Shown here one piece after another: positions 26,959 through 35,163 of a stretch of DNA of 53,545 nucleotides. Made by a program: the position numbers and the translations under genes. Below the pieces are notes generated by a model that saw only the letters and a program-made list of their open reading frames with translations, searched no databases and was not told the origin of the DNA. Source of the DNA: a virus (lineage: Duplodnaviria > Caudoviricetes); the IMG/VR virus record IMGVR_UViG_3300037248_000068, positions 1 to 53,545 of that record. One strand, given 5' to 3'. Positions within the stretch are counted from its first letter, which is position 1; every line of letters starts with the position of its first letter.

Positions 26959-27753
26959 CTACAGCCCGAAATCGTACTTCAAGCCGAGCCAATATTGAGT
27001 CGTGAACTTGGCAGCGCCGCTCACCATGACGTTGCCGTTGGTGCCGAGTACGTTGCTGAAGGTGTCGCCGCGCTGCGGCCAGAAGACATCGGCGTAAACC
27101 TTCAGCGAGCCGTCGTTCGGCTTTCCGGTTGCGTCAAGCGTCTGCCAGCGAAATCCGGTCGTGAGGCCCGGAGCCCACCCGACAGCGGCCCCGCCCGCCT
27201 GTGCGAAGTTTCCGGTCAAACCGAACTCTTCCATTTTCAAGCCGACGTACTGGCGTGGCGCGGTGTTGACTGCAACGCCCGTGGGCAACGTTGGCGTGAA
27301 GGACGGGAATGGCAGGTTGAATCCGGCGCCGCTACCAAACGCCGCAAATGCGGCCTGGATTGCCGAGAACGCACCTATCCCGATATCCGCTTCCTGCGTG
27401 GAACTCCAGCGGGACGCGACCGACACTGGCCCGGCTGTCGCCGAAATGTTCTGATACCACCCGTCGGCTTCGAACTGCATCCAAGAGCCGAGTGGCCCCC
27501 TGTTGGTGATCCACCCGCACCCGCCGCCCACGGCACCGCCGGCAGCATTCACGTTGCTGTTGAGCAAGCTCGTTGCCAAAATACTGTTGCCCGACATGCT
27601 CGTTTGCGCGACGCCGGCTTGCGTGCCTAGGCCGCAGTACCAGCCGGACCCGGTGTTCGTCGAAAACGGCAGCGGCGCCTTGACAGGCATGTCGGCCGCG
27701 GACGCGACACTGGCGAAAAGCGCGAGCGCGGTACAAAGTACGTACTTTTTCAT
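26959..27753 (-). CDS. Outer-membrane beta-barrel protein (Omp25/31/RopB-like)
   Basis: Signal peptide plus 'AADMPVKAP', 'SGWY.G', C-terminal beta-signal-like 'GLKYDF'. Confidence 0.8.
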   Translation of the reverse strand: MKKYVLCTALALFASVASAADMPVKAPLPFSTNTGSGWYCGLGTQAGVAQTSMSGNSILATSLLNSNVNAAGGAVGGGCGWITNRGPLGSWMQFEADGWYQNISATAGPVSVASRWSSTQEADIGIGAFSAIQAAFAAFGSGAGFNLPFPSFTPTLPTGVAVNTAPRQYVGLKMEEFGLTGNFAQAGGAAVGWAPGLTTGFRWQTLDATGKPNDGSLKVYADVFWPQRGDTFSNVLGTNGNVMVSGAAKFTTQYWLGLKYDFGL

Positions 27754-27833
27754 GATGGTGTTCCCTTCTGGCGCGTGATGCGCCGTACGTGTACTACACC
27801 AATTCAGTGTGGCAAGTCCGCCACGCTTGGAAA

Positions 27834-28031
27834 TTATTTGAATTTCTTTTCGATAATCTCAGCAAGTAGGCTCGTGACCGTGCGCCGGGTCGCCTTCGCC
27901 GCGCGATCCCACTTTGCTTTTTCCGCGCGGGTCAGCCGGACATCGACGCGGCACGGCCGGCTAACGGCTTTGACAGCTCTCCCCTTCGGCTTGGCCTTCG
28001 GCTTTTCCACTAAATTGCGGTCAGCTTCCAT
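27834..28031 (-). CDS. Ribbon-helix-helix DNA-binding protein
   Basis: VDVRLT.AEK..W.RAA......T.L; AGGAG SD, TTGACA at ~28095. Confidence 0.7.
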   Translation of the reverse strand: MEADRNLVEKPKAKPKGRAVKAVSRPCRVDVRLTRAEKAKWDRAAKATRRTVTSLLAEIIEKKFK

Positions 28032-28091
28032 AGCGTGCGCTCCTATGTACATGTGTGGCAACACTTGCCGTACACGCACAGACGCGCCGTG

Positions 28092-29621
28092 TCAATCCAC
28101 GGCCATAGACACCGCGCACGCGTCCAATCGGTCAGGGGAGCGTCCGATGTCCTTATGTATTTTCACCTTCGGCGCCATGAACAGGCGCATTTTTTCATCA
28201 CGCCGGCAGCCGCCCTGCCCCCACTTGTACGCCGCCGCTTCCTCTTGCAAAAGCTTGTCGTTCGGCATCGACACGTCGCCTTGCAACCAACGCTGAAGCT
28301 TGTCGTGCAATTCCGCGCGCCTGTTTCCGTACAGTACGTCGTTTAGCGCACCCCACGCAAAATTGACAGCAATAACCTTTTCCAGGCCGTACTTGCGCAT
28401 GCGAAGACGCGTTGCGTCGACAAGTCCTTTGCCAGTCCCGGTGACATCAATCAGTATAGCGTCCATATCAAATCGTTCGAACGTCTGCCTAAGCCAGTCC
28501 GCCTGCACGTTGTAATCACGGTTGGCCAGCTCGCCCCACACGCGCGCTCCGATCGCCGAACCCTGCCGGTCGCATACCCAAGGCTTGTCCTGCCCGTCGC
28601 CGGCTGGGTCGACGCACAACAGCTTCAACGCGCCCGCGGAGGGCGCTGGCTTGCGCACCATCGCAGCATTGACGATAGACGCAGGGAAAAAGTCCAGCGT
28701 ACTATCCGCCATGAAACATTCATCGTACGTCGCCGGATACTCTTGCCGCGTCAGCCGATGAATAGTTTCGGGCTGCCCCCCGTTCATTGTTGCCAATGTG
28801 TAGTTTTTCAGCCAAAACCAGTATAGTTGCTCGCGATCAAAACCGTGAAACTTGGCATAATCTTCGAAGTCCTTCGGCGCTTTCCAGCCCTGCGGGACTT
28901 CCGCACGGTACTCAGGCATGAGGCCCCAGTGCAGGAAGTGCACTCGCCACGGTCCTTTGTTTTGTGCAGCGTGCGCTTCCCTGCACATGTTATAGAACAT
29001 GCCGGACTGCCCGTTGCCCGTGCTCTCTTGAATGATTTCCGTGTGCGCGATGTCCTGTACGGTCTGCATCAAGCCGGACGACAAATCCTCGGTATTGTCA
29101 AAAAAAGCGGCTTCTGAAAGGTGCATCAAATGAAAGTCGTCCGACCGGCCAATGTCACCGCCTTCGGCCGACGCGACCTTGTACAGCGATTTCAGCCTGT
29201 CAAAAATCAACTCCCGCGCATTCGAAGCACCTAGATGCGGGCGTGCGGAGAGCGGGAGCCCCGCGTAAAACTCTTTTACTTCGCGATGCAGGTTTGCGGC
29301 GCTGTCGGACCGGTGCGCAACGATTTGAGCCCGGCGTCCGAACTCCGTAGCTGTACGGTGGAAGTACCGCCCGCTTACGTACATGCTCACGCCCATGCGG
29401 CGCGCTTTCGGAATCAGCGCACGTACCATACCAAAGGTCTTGCGTTCATCCTGAATTTTGGCATGCAGAACGCGTTGCGCGCTATTGAGGATAAAGGGCA
29501 CGCGGTCGCCGCCCTCAAGAGGGCGCACCCGTAAAAACGTCTCGCGGTATCTGTCAAAATCGAGAAGCCGGGCCCGTATGTCCTCTTTGCTCTGTACGGG
29601 AGGCGTCCAAGGATAGTTCAC
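28092..29621 (-). CDS. terL: Terminase large subunit
   Basis: LNSAQ, KARRMGVS, HLSEAAF, ESTGNG, VDPAGDG, SPDRLDA. Confidence 0.93.
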   Translation of the reverse strand: MNYPWTPPVQSKEDIRARLLDFDRYRETFLRVRPLEGGDRVPFILNSAQRVLHAKIQDERKTFGMVRALIPKARRMGVSMYVSGRYFHRTATEFGRRAQIVAHRSDSAANLHREVKEFYAGLPLSARPHLGASNARELIFDRLKSLYKVASAEGGDIGRSDDFHLMHLSEAAFFDNTEDLSSGLMQTVQDIAHTEIIQESTGNGQSGMFYNMCREAHAAQNKGPWRVHFLHWGLMPEYRAEVPQGWKAPKDFEDYAKFHGFDREQLYWFWLKNYTLATMNGGQPETIHRLTRQEYPATYDECFMADSTLDFFPASIVNAAMVRKPAPSAGALKLLCVDPAGDGQDKPWVCDRQGSAIGARVWGELANRDYNVQADWLRQTFERFDMDAILIDVTGTGKGLVDATRLRMRKYGLEKVIAVNFAWGALNDVLYGNRRAELHDKLQRWLQGDVSMPNDKLLQEEAAAYKWGQGGCRRDEKMRLFMAPKVKIHKDIGRSPDRLDACAVSMAVD

Positions 29622-29623
29622 GA

Positions 29624-30016
29624 TTACGAGATCACCTTTTGGCTCGCGGTTGCCTTCTCCAGCTCGGCGGCGGCATTTACAAGCGTTGCTGGAGACACCT
29701 TGGCGACGGCTGCCACGAGCTGCGGGTGATCCACTTGATTGACGGCTTCAATCAAATCGCCCGGCGACGCGGCCTTGACAACGGCCACTTGATGCGCACG
29801 CGTCCCAGTGTACGCCGACCACAGCGTCGTGGCAATCGGCGCTAGAATGCCGATGCCTACCACGATTTCGTTTAAACCTTTGAATACGTGATCAAAGCCC
29901 GCGACGATGTCGCCCTGCTGACTGGCCGAAATCGCGCCAAACGTCAGCGCCGCGCCAGCTCCGAAACTGACAATGTTTCGGCCGCCAGCCATGTACGGTG
30001 CAAAATTGAAAGCCAT
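29624..30016 (-). CDS. Putative holin (2 TM)
   Basis: AGGAGG SD; two hydrophobic helices, 'TLWS' end of TM2. Confidence 0.5.
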   Translation of the reverse strand: MAFNFAPYMAGGRNIVSFGAGAALTFGAISASQQGDIVAGFDHVFKGLNEIVVGIGILAPIATTLWSAYTGTRAHQVAVVKAASPGDLIEAVNQVDHPQLVAAVAKVSPATLVNAAAELEKATASQKVIS

Positions 30017-30030
30017 GTACTTCCTCCTGA

Positions 30031-32418
30031 TTATGCTGCTTGCGCCAGCCACGCGGGCGAGTTGTCGTTGGATGCGGGGTCGAGGTCGCGGTTGAGCAGA
30101 AAATTGTGCGTTCCCATGACATAGCCGGTCCCTTGGAACCCGATGTAGACGGTGCCGTAGGTATTGGCATCACCCTCGATTGTGCTCACTGTATCGATGA
30201 TACCGAGGGGAAAATCCGTCAGCTTGGTCCAAGTCGTGGCGTGATTGTCGCTCTCCCAGATGCCGTATACGCCGTTTACCCATCCCGCAAGATAGATCGC
30301 TGGATAGCCCGAACCGCCCGGTTTGGCTTTGCCGAACCCGAAAGCCCAAACCTCGTGGATGGTGCCGGGAACGGCGTTGCACGTCACAGTGCCGGCGCTG
30401 TCCGTGCACTCTTCGAATGTCAGGTCCGTGTGCGGGTACGGCCCCGGCGTCTGATAGCCCGATGAGAAATACATGTCACCGGCATTGCCAGGAACGCAGC
30501 GGAGCTTGGCATTGAAGAATGACAACGTGCTGCTGTCGAAGATCCCGCTCTTGGCCAGCGTCCACGTCCAGCTTCCCGCAGCGTAGACACCCTTGTAGAT
30601 ACCCGCGGTGCTTGATCCGCCGTAGTTGTAGGCATAGTACGTGTCAGTCGAGACGCGATCGGCGCACATCGTCTGCCGGAAATAGTTGGCACTCGCGCTC
30701 CAGCCGATCGTGCCCGAAGTCGCCACGCCGCTGATCGGTAGCAGCGACCATGACGTTCCGCCGTTCGTGGTGGCATAGAGGCCGCCGTTCGGCGCCTGCA
30801 TCCACAGCATCACGTTGGCGGAACTCCGCGCCACCGAGCCGCCGTCGAAGCTGGTACCGCTGCCGCTCGGCACGGCGCCAATCTGTGCCCACGTGCCGCC
30901 GCCATTCGTCGAGAGTGATGAAAAGTCCCCGCTGCCAATATATGAGATACACATGCAGATGATGTCGGCCGGCGTCGCTGAGGCCCAGTCCGCCGACGCT
31001 CCCGCCACCACGTTCGTGAATCCACCGTACCCGCCGTGCTGCGAGAACGCTGGGTAGGCCGCCGGATTGGTGATGGTGAATATCTGCTGATCGGATACCG
31101 CGACAAGAGGATTACTTCCGCCCGTCCACGGGCTGATCGCCCATCTGGATACGAGCTGCTCCATGCCGGCGCCCTGCGACGTCCAGGTCAGCGACGCGCC
31201 GCCCGTGAAGCCGCTCGCGGTCCACACGTCGAAGCCGGACGTCGAGAATAGGAAATTCGACTGCGCCGGATCGAAGGCAATCTGGCCGACATCGGTGAAG
31301 GTGCTCTTGGTGTGGGCGAGCCACGGGATGTCGGTCGCAGCCAAGGTCATGTTCCCGGCCGCGACATAGCCGCCAAACGAAGCGCCACCGTTGGTGCTGT
31401 ACGTCAATTGTCCCGAGATGTTGGCGGCAGTCACGTTGCTGTTGTTCGCCGGATCGATGGCAACGCCCGTGATTGGTCCCGACGTGCTGGAGCCGACCGT
31501 CACGGTCGACCACGTTCCGCCGACGCCGCCGGAGTAGATGTAGAGCGTCTGATCGGTGCCGCCGTTGTTGCCGACCACGTAGAGCTTACCATTGGCAGGC
31601 GCGGATACCATGAACATGTGCGTCGTTGGCATCCCGCTCGTATTCAGCTCCGTCCAGGACGAACCGCCGTTGGCTGAGTGATAGACGCCGGTGCCGTAAC
31701 TCGTGATGTAGATGCCCTGCGTGGCGCCACCGCTCGTGCCGGAGTTGAGATCGAACGCTACCAGCATCCCATTCGAGGTCGCATTGGTGATTCCGGTCAC
31801 GGCGCCGAACGATGTGCCGCCGTTGGTCGACGTGAAGCACCCGCTTGCCTCCGTACACACCAACACGATGTTGGCGTTGGCGGGGTCAATCGCAATCTTC
31901 GGCCCCCACCAACGATCGTTGGCGTTGTAGGTTGAGTTCTGCGTGAAACCGGTCGCGGTCCACGTCGCCGACGATCCGCTCTTGAGATTGGCTGTCTTAT
32001 ACAAATAGCCGCCCATCATCATGTAGGCGACGTTGGTGTTGCTCGGCGCTATCCTGATCTCAAAGTTGTCGCAAAATGTGGACGGCGTGTTGAGGCACGC
32101 GCCGGCCGCGTTCATGGGATCTCCATTCGGCAGCGACGTAGAGGTGACAAGCTGCTGCCATGTCCCATTGGCGACCGAGACGTAGGCTCCATAGGTGTCG
32201 GTGCCGACTACTTTAGTCGTGGTGCCGCTGTTGTTGCACTGGCCGACGCCCTGATCGCATTGGATGTCGATGCGCGTGGAGAACCCACCGGCGCCAAGGT
32301 TGACGCGGCTGAATTGCTGGCCAGCAGAGGGCGCCTGGGCACCACTGAACTGTACGGTTTGCGCCGGTATCGAAACCTGCACTAAAATAACCAGCAACAG
32401 CGCTAATAATAACCTCAT
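30031..32418 (-). CDS. Secreted beta-propeller protein, GH74/xyloglucanase-like with BNR/Asp-box repeats
   Basis: Signal peptide; GAGGF, TD.YGAY, repeated S.NGG.SW/F, 'GFGKAKPG..YPAIY.AG....YGIW.S'; ssrA-like C-terminal tail. Confidence 0.75.
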   Translation of the reverse strand: MRLLLALLLVILVQVSIPAQTVQFSGAQAPSAGQQFSRVNLGAGGFSTRIDIQCDQGVGQCNNSGTTTKVVGTDTYGAYVSVANGTWQQLVTSTSLPNGDPMNAAGACLNTPSTFCDNFEIRIAPSNTNVAYMMMGGYLYKTANLKSGSSATWTATGFTQNSTYNANDRWWGPKIAIDPANANIVLVCTEASGCFTSTNGGTSFGAVTGITNATSNGMLVAFDLNSGTSGGATQGIYITSYGTGVYHSANGGSSWTELNTSGMPTTHMFMVSAPANGKLYVVGNNGGTDQTLYIYSGGVGGTWSTVTVGSSTSGPITGVAIDPANNSNVTAANISGQLTYSTNGGASFGGYVAAGNMTLAATDIPWLAHTKSTFTDVGQIAFDPAQSNFLFSTSGFDVWTASGFTGGASLTWTSQGAGMEQLVSRWAISPWTGGSNPLVAVSDQQIFTITNPAAYPAFSQHGGYGGFTNVVAGASADWASATPADIICMCISYIGSGDFSSLSTNGGGTWAQIGAVPSGSGTSFDGGSVARSSANVMLWMQAPNGGLYATTNGGTSWSLLPISGVATSGTIGWSASANYFRQTMCADRVSTDTYYAYNYGGSSTAGIYKGVYAAGSWTWTLAKSGIFDSSTLSFFNAKLRCVPGNAGDMYFSSGYQTPGPYPHTDLTFEECTDSAGTVTCNAVPGTIHEVWAFGFGKAKPGGSGYPAIYLAGWVNGVYGIWESDNHATTWTKLTDFPLGIIDTVSTIEGDANTYGTVYIGFQGTGYVMGTHNFLLNRDLDPASNDNSPAWLAQAA

Positions 32419-32419
32419 G

Positions 32420-33148
32420 TCAGTCCCACGTCGCGGCTACTATGCCTGCGTTGGTCGTGTTGGTCAGCCCGTTCATGTTCGGCGTTAGAGAGCCGGCGAC
32501 GGCGCTGTTTCCAAGAACGCCTCCGAAAGTAGAGATGCTGATAGATTTATCGTTCGTCATGTTAGTGAAATTCGGCGCCCCCGCAACAGTCTGCATTCCA
32601 AAACCAATAGCAAAACCAGCGGATGGCACCGTCACGGCAGAACTGCAAGCCAGGGCGCCGCCAGAAACAGAAGCGCTCGATCCGTTGCAGCTTGTCGTCG
32701 GCGTCGTCGACGTAAGATTAGCTAGGGTGCCTACGCCGACAAGCATGCGAAACCACGAGTTGGCAGACGCTGACGTGGCAACAATATTCTGTGAGCCGCT
32801 ACATGCGACCGTGCCGTACCACAGCGTCACTACGTAGTTGGTGTTGAAGGCCCCGGTGTCAGCAGCCTTCGACAGGGAGACCGGCGAAGACGTGCATGCG
32901 GTCACGGCAGAGATGGTGCTCCCCTGATAGCCGGCTACGCCGACGACTATGAACCCAGCCGTGACGCTGACGGCCTGCGTGCACGTCGTGGCGAAGCCGC
33001 AGGCAGCATTCTCTTCAATGTCGGTCGGTGTCCACGTCGGTGCCGGGGCACTTCCACTTATGGATACGTCATAGTTGGAGTCACGCGTCTGCCACCCCGC
33101 AAATGCTGGTAGAGCCCAAAGCAACAGTGCGAGAGCTAGACGGATCAC
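32420..33148 (-). CDS. Signal-peptide, S/T-rich beta protein
   Basis: GTG start MIRLALALLLWALPAFA|G. Confidence 0.7.
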   Translation of the reverse strand: MIRLALALLLWALPAFAGWQTRDSNYDVSISGSAPAPTWTPTDIEENAACGFATTCTQAVSVTAGFIVVGVAGYQGSTISAVTACTSSPVSLSKAADTGAFNTNYVVTLWYGTVACSGSQNIVATSASANSWFRMLVGVGTLANLTSTTPTTSCNGSSASVSGGALACSSAVTVPSAGFAIGFGMQTVAGAPNFTNMTNDKSISISTFGGVLGNSAVAGSLTPNMNGLTNTTNAGIVAATWD

Positions 33149-34149
33149 AGCGTGAACCCCGTCGCCGTCACGGATACGACGCCGCCGGTCCCCGGTGCAG
33201 CGGAAATGACCGCGATGCCTGTGTTGACGGCGCTCGCCGGGACGCATGGCGAGAATATCATCTCTGTCACACCGAGCCCGGAGGCGAGCGGTGCCGTCCA
33301 CTGCGTGAAGTTGAGTGTTCCTGTGATCGTGCCGGTCACGGTCGCGTTGCCCGTCGCCGCCGCCGTGGCGTTGGCCCGGATCGACATGCTGCACAAGTAG
33401 GTCGTGACTGACGCGCCTGTGGCGAGCGTCGCGGTGGTCGCCCCCGTCGTGCCCGTCGCCGAGGCCGTGATGGGCGTGGCTCCGGCTGGATAGCCCGCGC
33501 CGCCGATGCGCAGCCCGCCGTGAAGATCCATCGACAGGTAGTCGGTTTGCGCGGTTGTGTAGGCGGGGGCGGCCGTCGTCACCGCCGCCATCACTAGCGA
33601 GCCGGTCTGGCCGCTCGTGGTCGAGCTCTGCGCAAGACCTACTGCACCGGTCACGTAAGCATTGACACTAGGACACGCGACCGCACTTGGTGCCGTGCCG
33701 TAGTTACTGACGCACCCCGAGTTGATCGCCGTACCGCCCATCTGGTTCATGTTGACGGACTGGTTGGCCGCCAACGCACCGCCGGCCTGGAACGGCGTGC
33801 CGAGCGTCGTGTTGATCGTGGTGAGCGCCGTGTTGCCGGTCGTCTGAAGCGCGGACGTGGCGGCCCCGGTCGGAAGAGGCAACGCTGCGGCGCTCATCGG
33901 AACGGCCGTACCGCCGGTCACGCCCTGCATCGGGAGAGCAAAGCTGGCGTTGGGAGTGCCGGGGGCCGTCGCCAGCGGATTACCCGCCGTGTCGCCGAGT
34001 ATCTGCATCAGCGACTGCACGCCGCTGCCGACGTCCTTCGACCTGAACGTGACGCAGCTCGTGGCGCACGGTGTCACGAGGATGGCGTTATCCGCCGCCT
34101 CTGCGGGCAGCGCTGACAGCAGCGCGAGCAGGAGCAGAATCTTGCGCAT
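33145..34149 (-). CDS. Signal-peptide, T/A/G-rich fibre-like protein
   Basis: MRKILLLLALLSALPAEA|A; 'LPLPTGAATSALQTT' fibre-type repeat. Confidence 0.75.
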   Translation of the reverse strand: MRKILLLLALLSALPAEAADNAILVTPCATSCVTFRSKDVGSGVQSLMQILGDTAGNPLATAPGTPNASFALPMQGVTGGTAVPMSAAALPLPTGAATSALQTTGNTALTTINTTLGTPFQAGGALAANQSVNMNQMGGTAINSGCVSNYGTAPSAVACPSVNAYVTGAVGLAQSSTTSGQTGSLVMAAVTTAAPAYTTAQTDYLSMDLHGGLRIGGAGYPAGATPITASATGTTGATTATLATGASVTTYLCSMSIRANATAAATGNATVTGTITGTLNFTQWTAPLASGLGVTEMIFSPCVPASAVNTGIAVISAAPGTGGVVSVTATGFTL

Positions 34150-34415
34150 TACTTTTCCTCCGAAGTAGCAGGCGCGGCGGGCGGCGGCTGTCTGGCAGCA
34201 ACCGCGCGGTCCACGGCGGCGCGCGCCGCCGCCTCGTTCTGAGCCCGCACAGACGCCACGGTAATCTGCATGATATCGTTCCACTCATCCCACGACCCGC
34301 GCTTGATGGTATTCAGTATCTTGTCTACCTGATCCGCAGTGTACGGACCAAGCGTGTAGGTCTGCTGCCCGAGAGCGACCGTCGTCATCAGAAGCAGAGC
34401 GACAAGCGTTCGCAT
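34149..34415 (-). CDS. Small signal-peptide protein (88 aa)
   Basis: MRTLVALLLMTTVALG|Q. Confidence 0.65.
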   Translation of the reverse strand: MRTLVALLLMTTVALGQQTYTLGPYTADQVDKILNTIKRGSWDEWNDIMQITVASVRAQNEAAARAAVDRAVAARQPPPAAPATSEEK

Positions 34416-34619
34416 TCAGAAGACTCCTGCGTACTGCGAATTGCATGATTGCGTGAAGTCGAAGCCCGTACCAGCACAGCCCGAAGGCGTTACGGTTACG
34501 GTTCCAGTCCCTGGAGTCTGCGGCACCCCGGGCGCAAAGCCGCCGGGAACGCCGGCCTGCCCCCACGCGGCTGCGGCGAGGGCGACGATGGCGAGGAGCG
34601 TGAGGGGGAGGCGCATCAC
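34416..34619 (-). CDS. Small signal-peptide protein with a Cys pair (67 aa)
   Basis: MRLPLTLLAIVALAAAAWG|Q; C...FDFTQSCNSQY. Confidence 0.65.
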   Translation of the reverse strand: MMRLPLTLLAIVALAAAAWGQAGVPGGFAPGVPQTPGTGTVTVTPSGCAGTGFDFTQSCNSQYAGVF

Positions 34620-34714
34620 TTGCCATCCGATTTATTGTGACGACAACGAAGAAGATTGAACATCGCCATGCCGAGAGTAGCGGCGAGCATAATCTCACTG
34701 AGATAATGCCGCAT
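34616..34714 (-). CDS. Small TM peptide (32 aa)
   Basis: Coupled at both ends; MRHYLSEIMLAATLGMAMFNLL... Confidence 0.4.
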   Translation of the reverse strand: MRHYLSEIMLAATLGMAMFNLLRCRHNKSDGK

Positions 34715-35163
34715 CACTGCGCCCCCAGCAGCTTACTGTACTCGGCCGGCTGCAAGACCTTCATCGCGGCCACGATCACCTTGTCGCCGTTCTGCATGAG
34801 CTTGTAGAGCCCGCCGATGCGATCCATCAGGTCGTCGGCCTGCTTGTGGGTGAGTGCGGCGGCGTGGTCGCTGCCGTACTTGTCGAGCACGGCGCGAAGC
34901 GACGCCTTGGTGCGCCAGTCCATGTTGCGGTCGGACTCGATGGCGAAGCTGACGCCGTAATTGGCGGCGGATGCGAGCGTGAGCGGGGGGCAGTCCTTGC
35001 GCTCCGGATCAACTTTAGCATCCCACGTTGGCGGGCAGTCCTTGATGGGCCTACCGTCAGCCTCAGAGAGCGCGGCGGTCATGTCTACGGTCCACGGCTT
35101 CGCGTCGTCGGCGAGCGCCAAGGAGTACCAAATCATCGCGACCGCAATAAGTGCAGTTTTCAA
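34714..35163 (-). CDS. Signal-peptide protein, possible tailspike assembly partner
   Basis: AGGAG SD plus TTG; MKTALIAVAMIWYSLALA|DD; two Cys. Confidence 0.7.
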   Translation of the reverse strand: MKTALIAVAMIWYSLALADDAKPWTVDMTAALSEADGRPIKDCPPTWDAKVDPERKDCPPLTLASAANYGVSFAIESDRNMDWRTKASLRAVLDKYGSDHAAALTHKQADDLMDRIGGLYKLMQNGDKVIVAAMKVLQPAEYSKLLGAQ

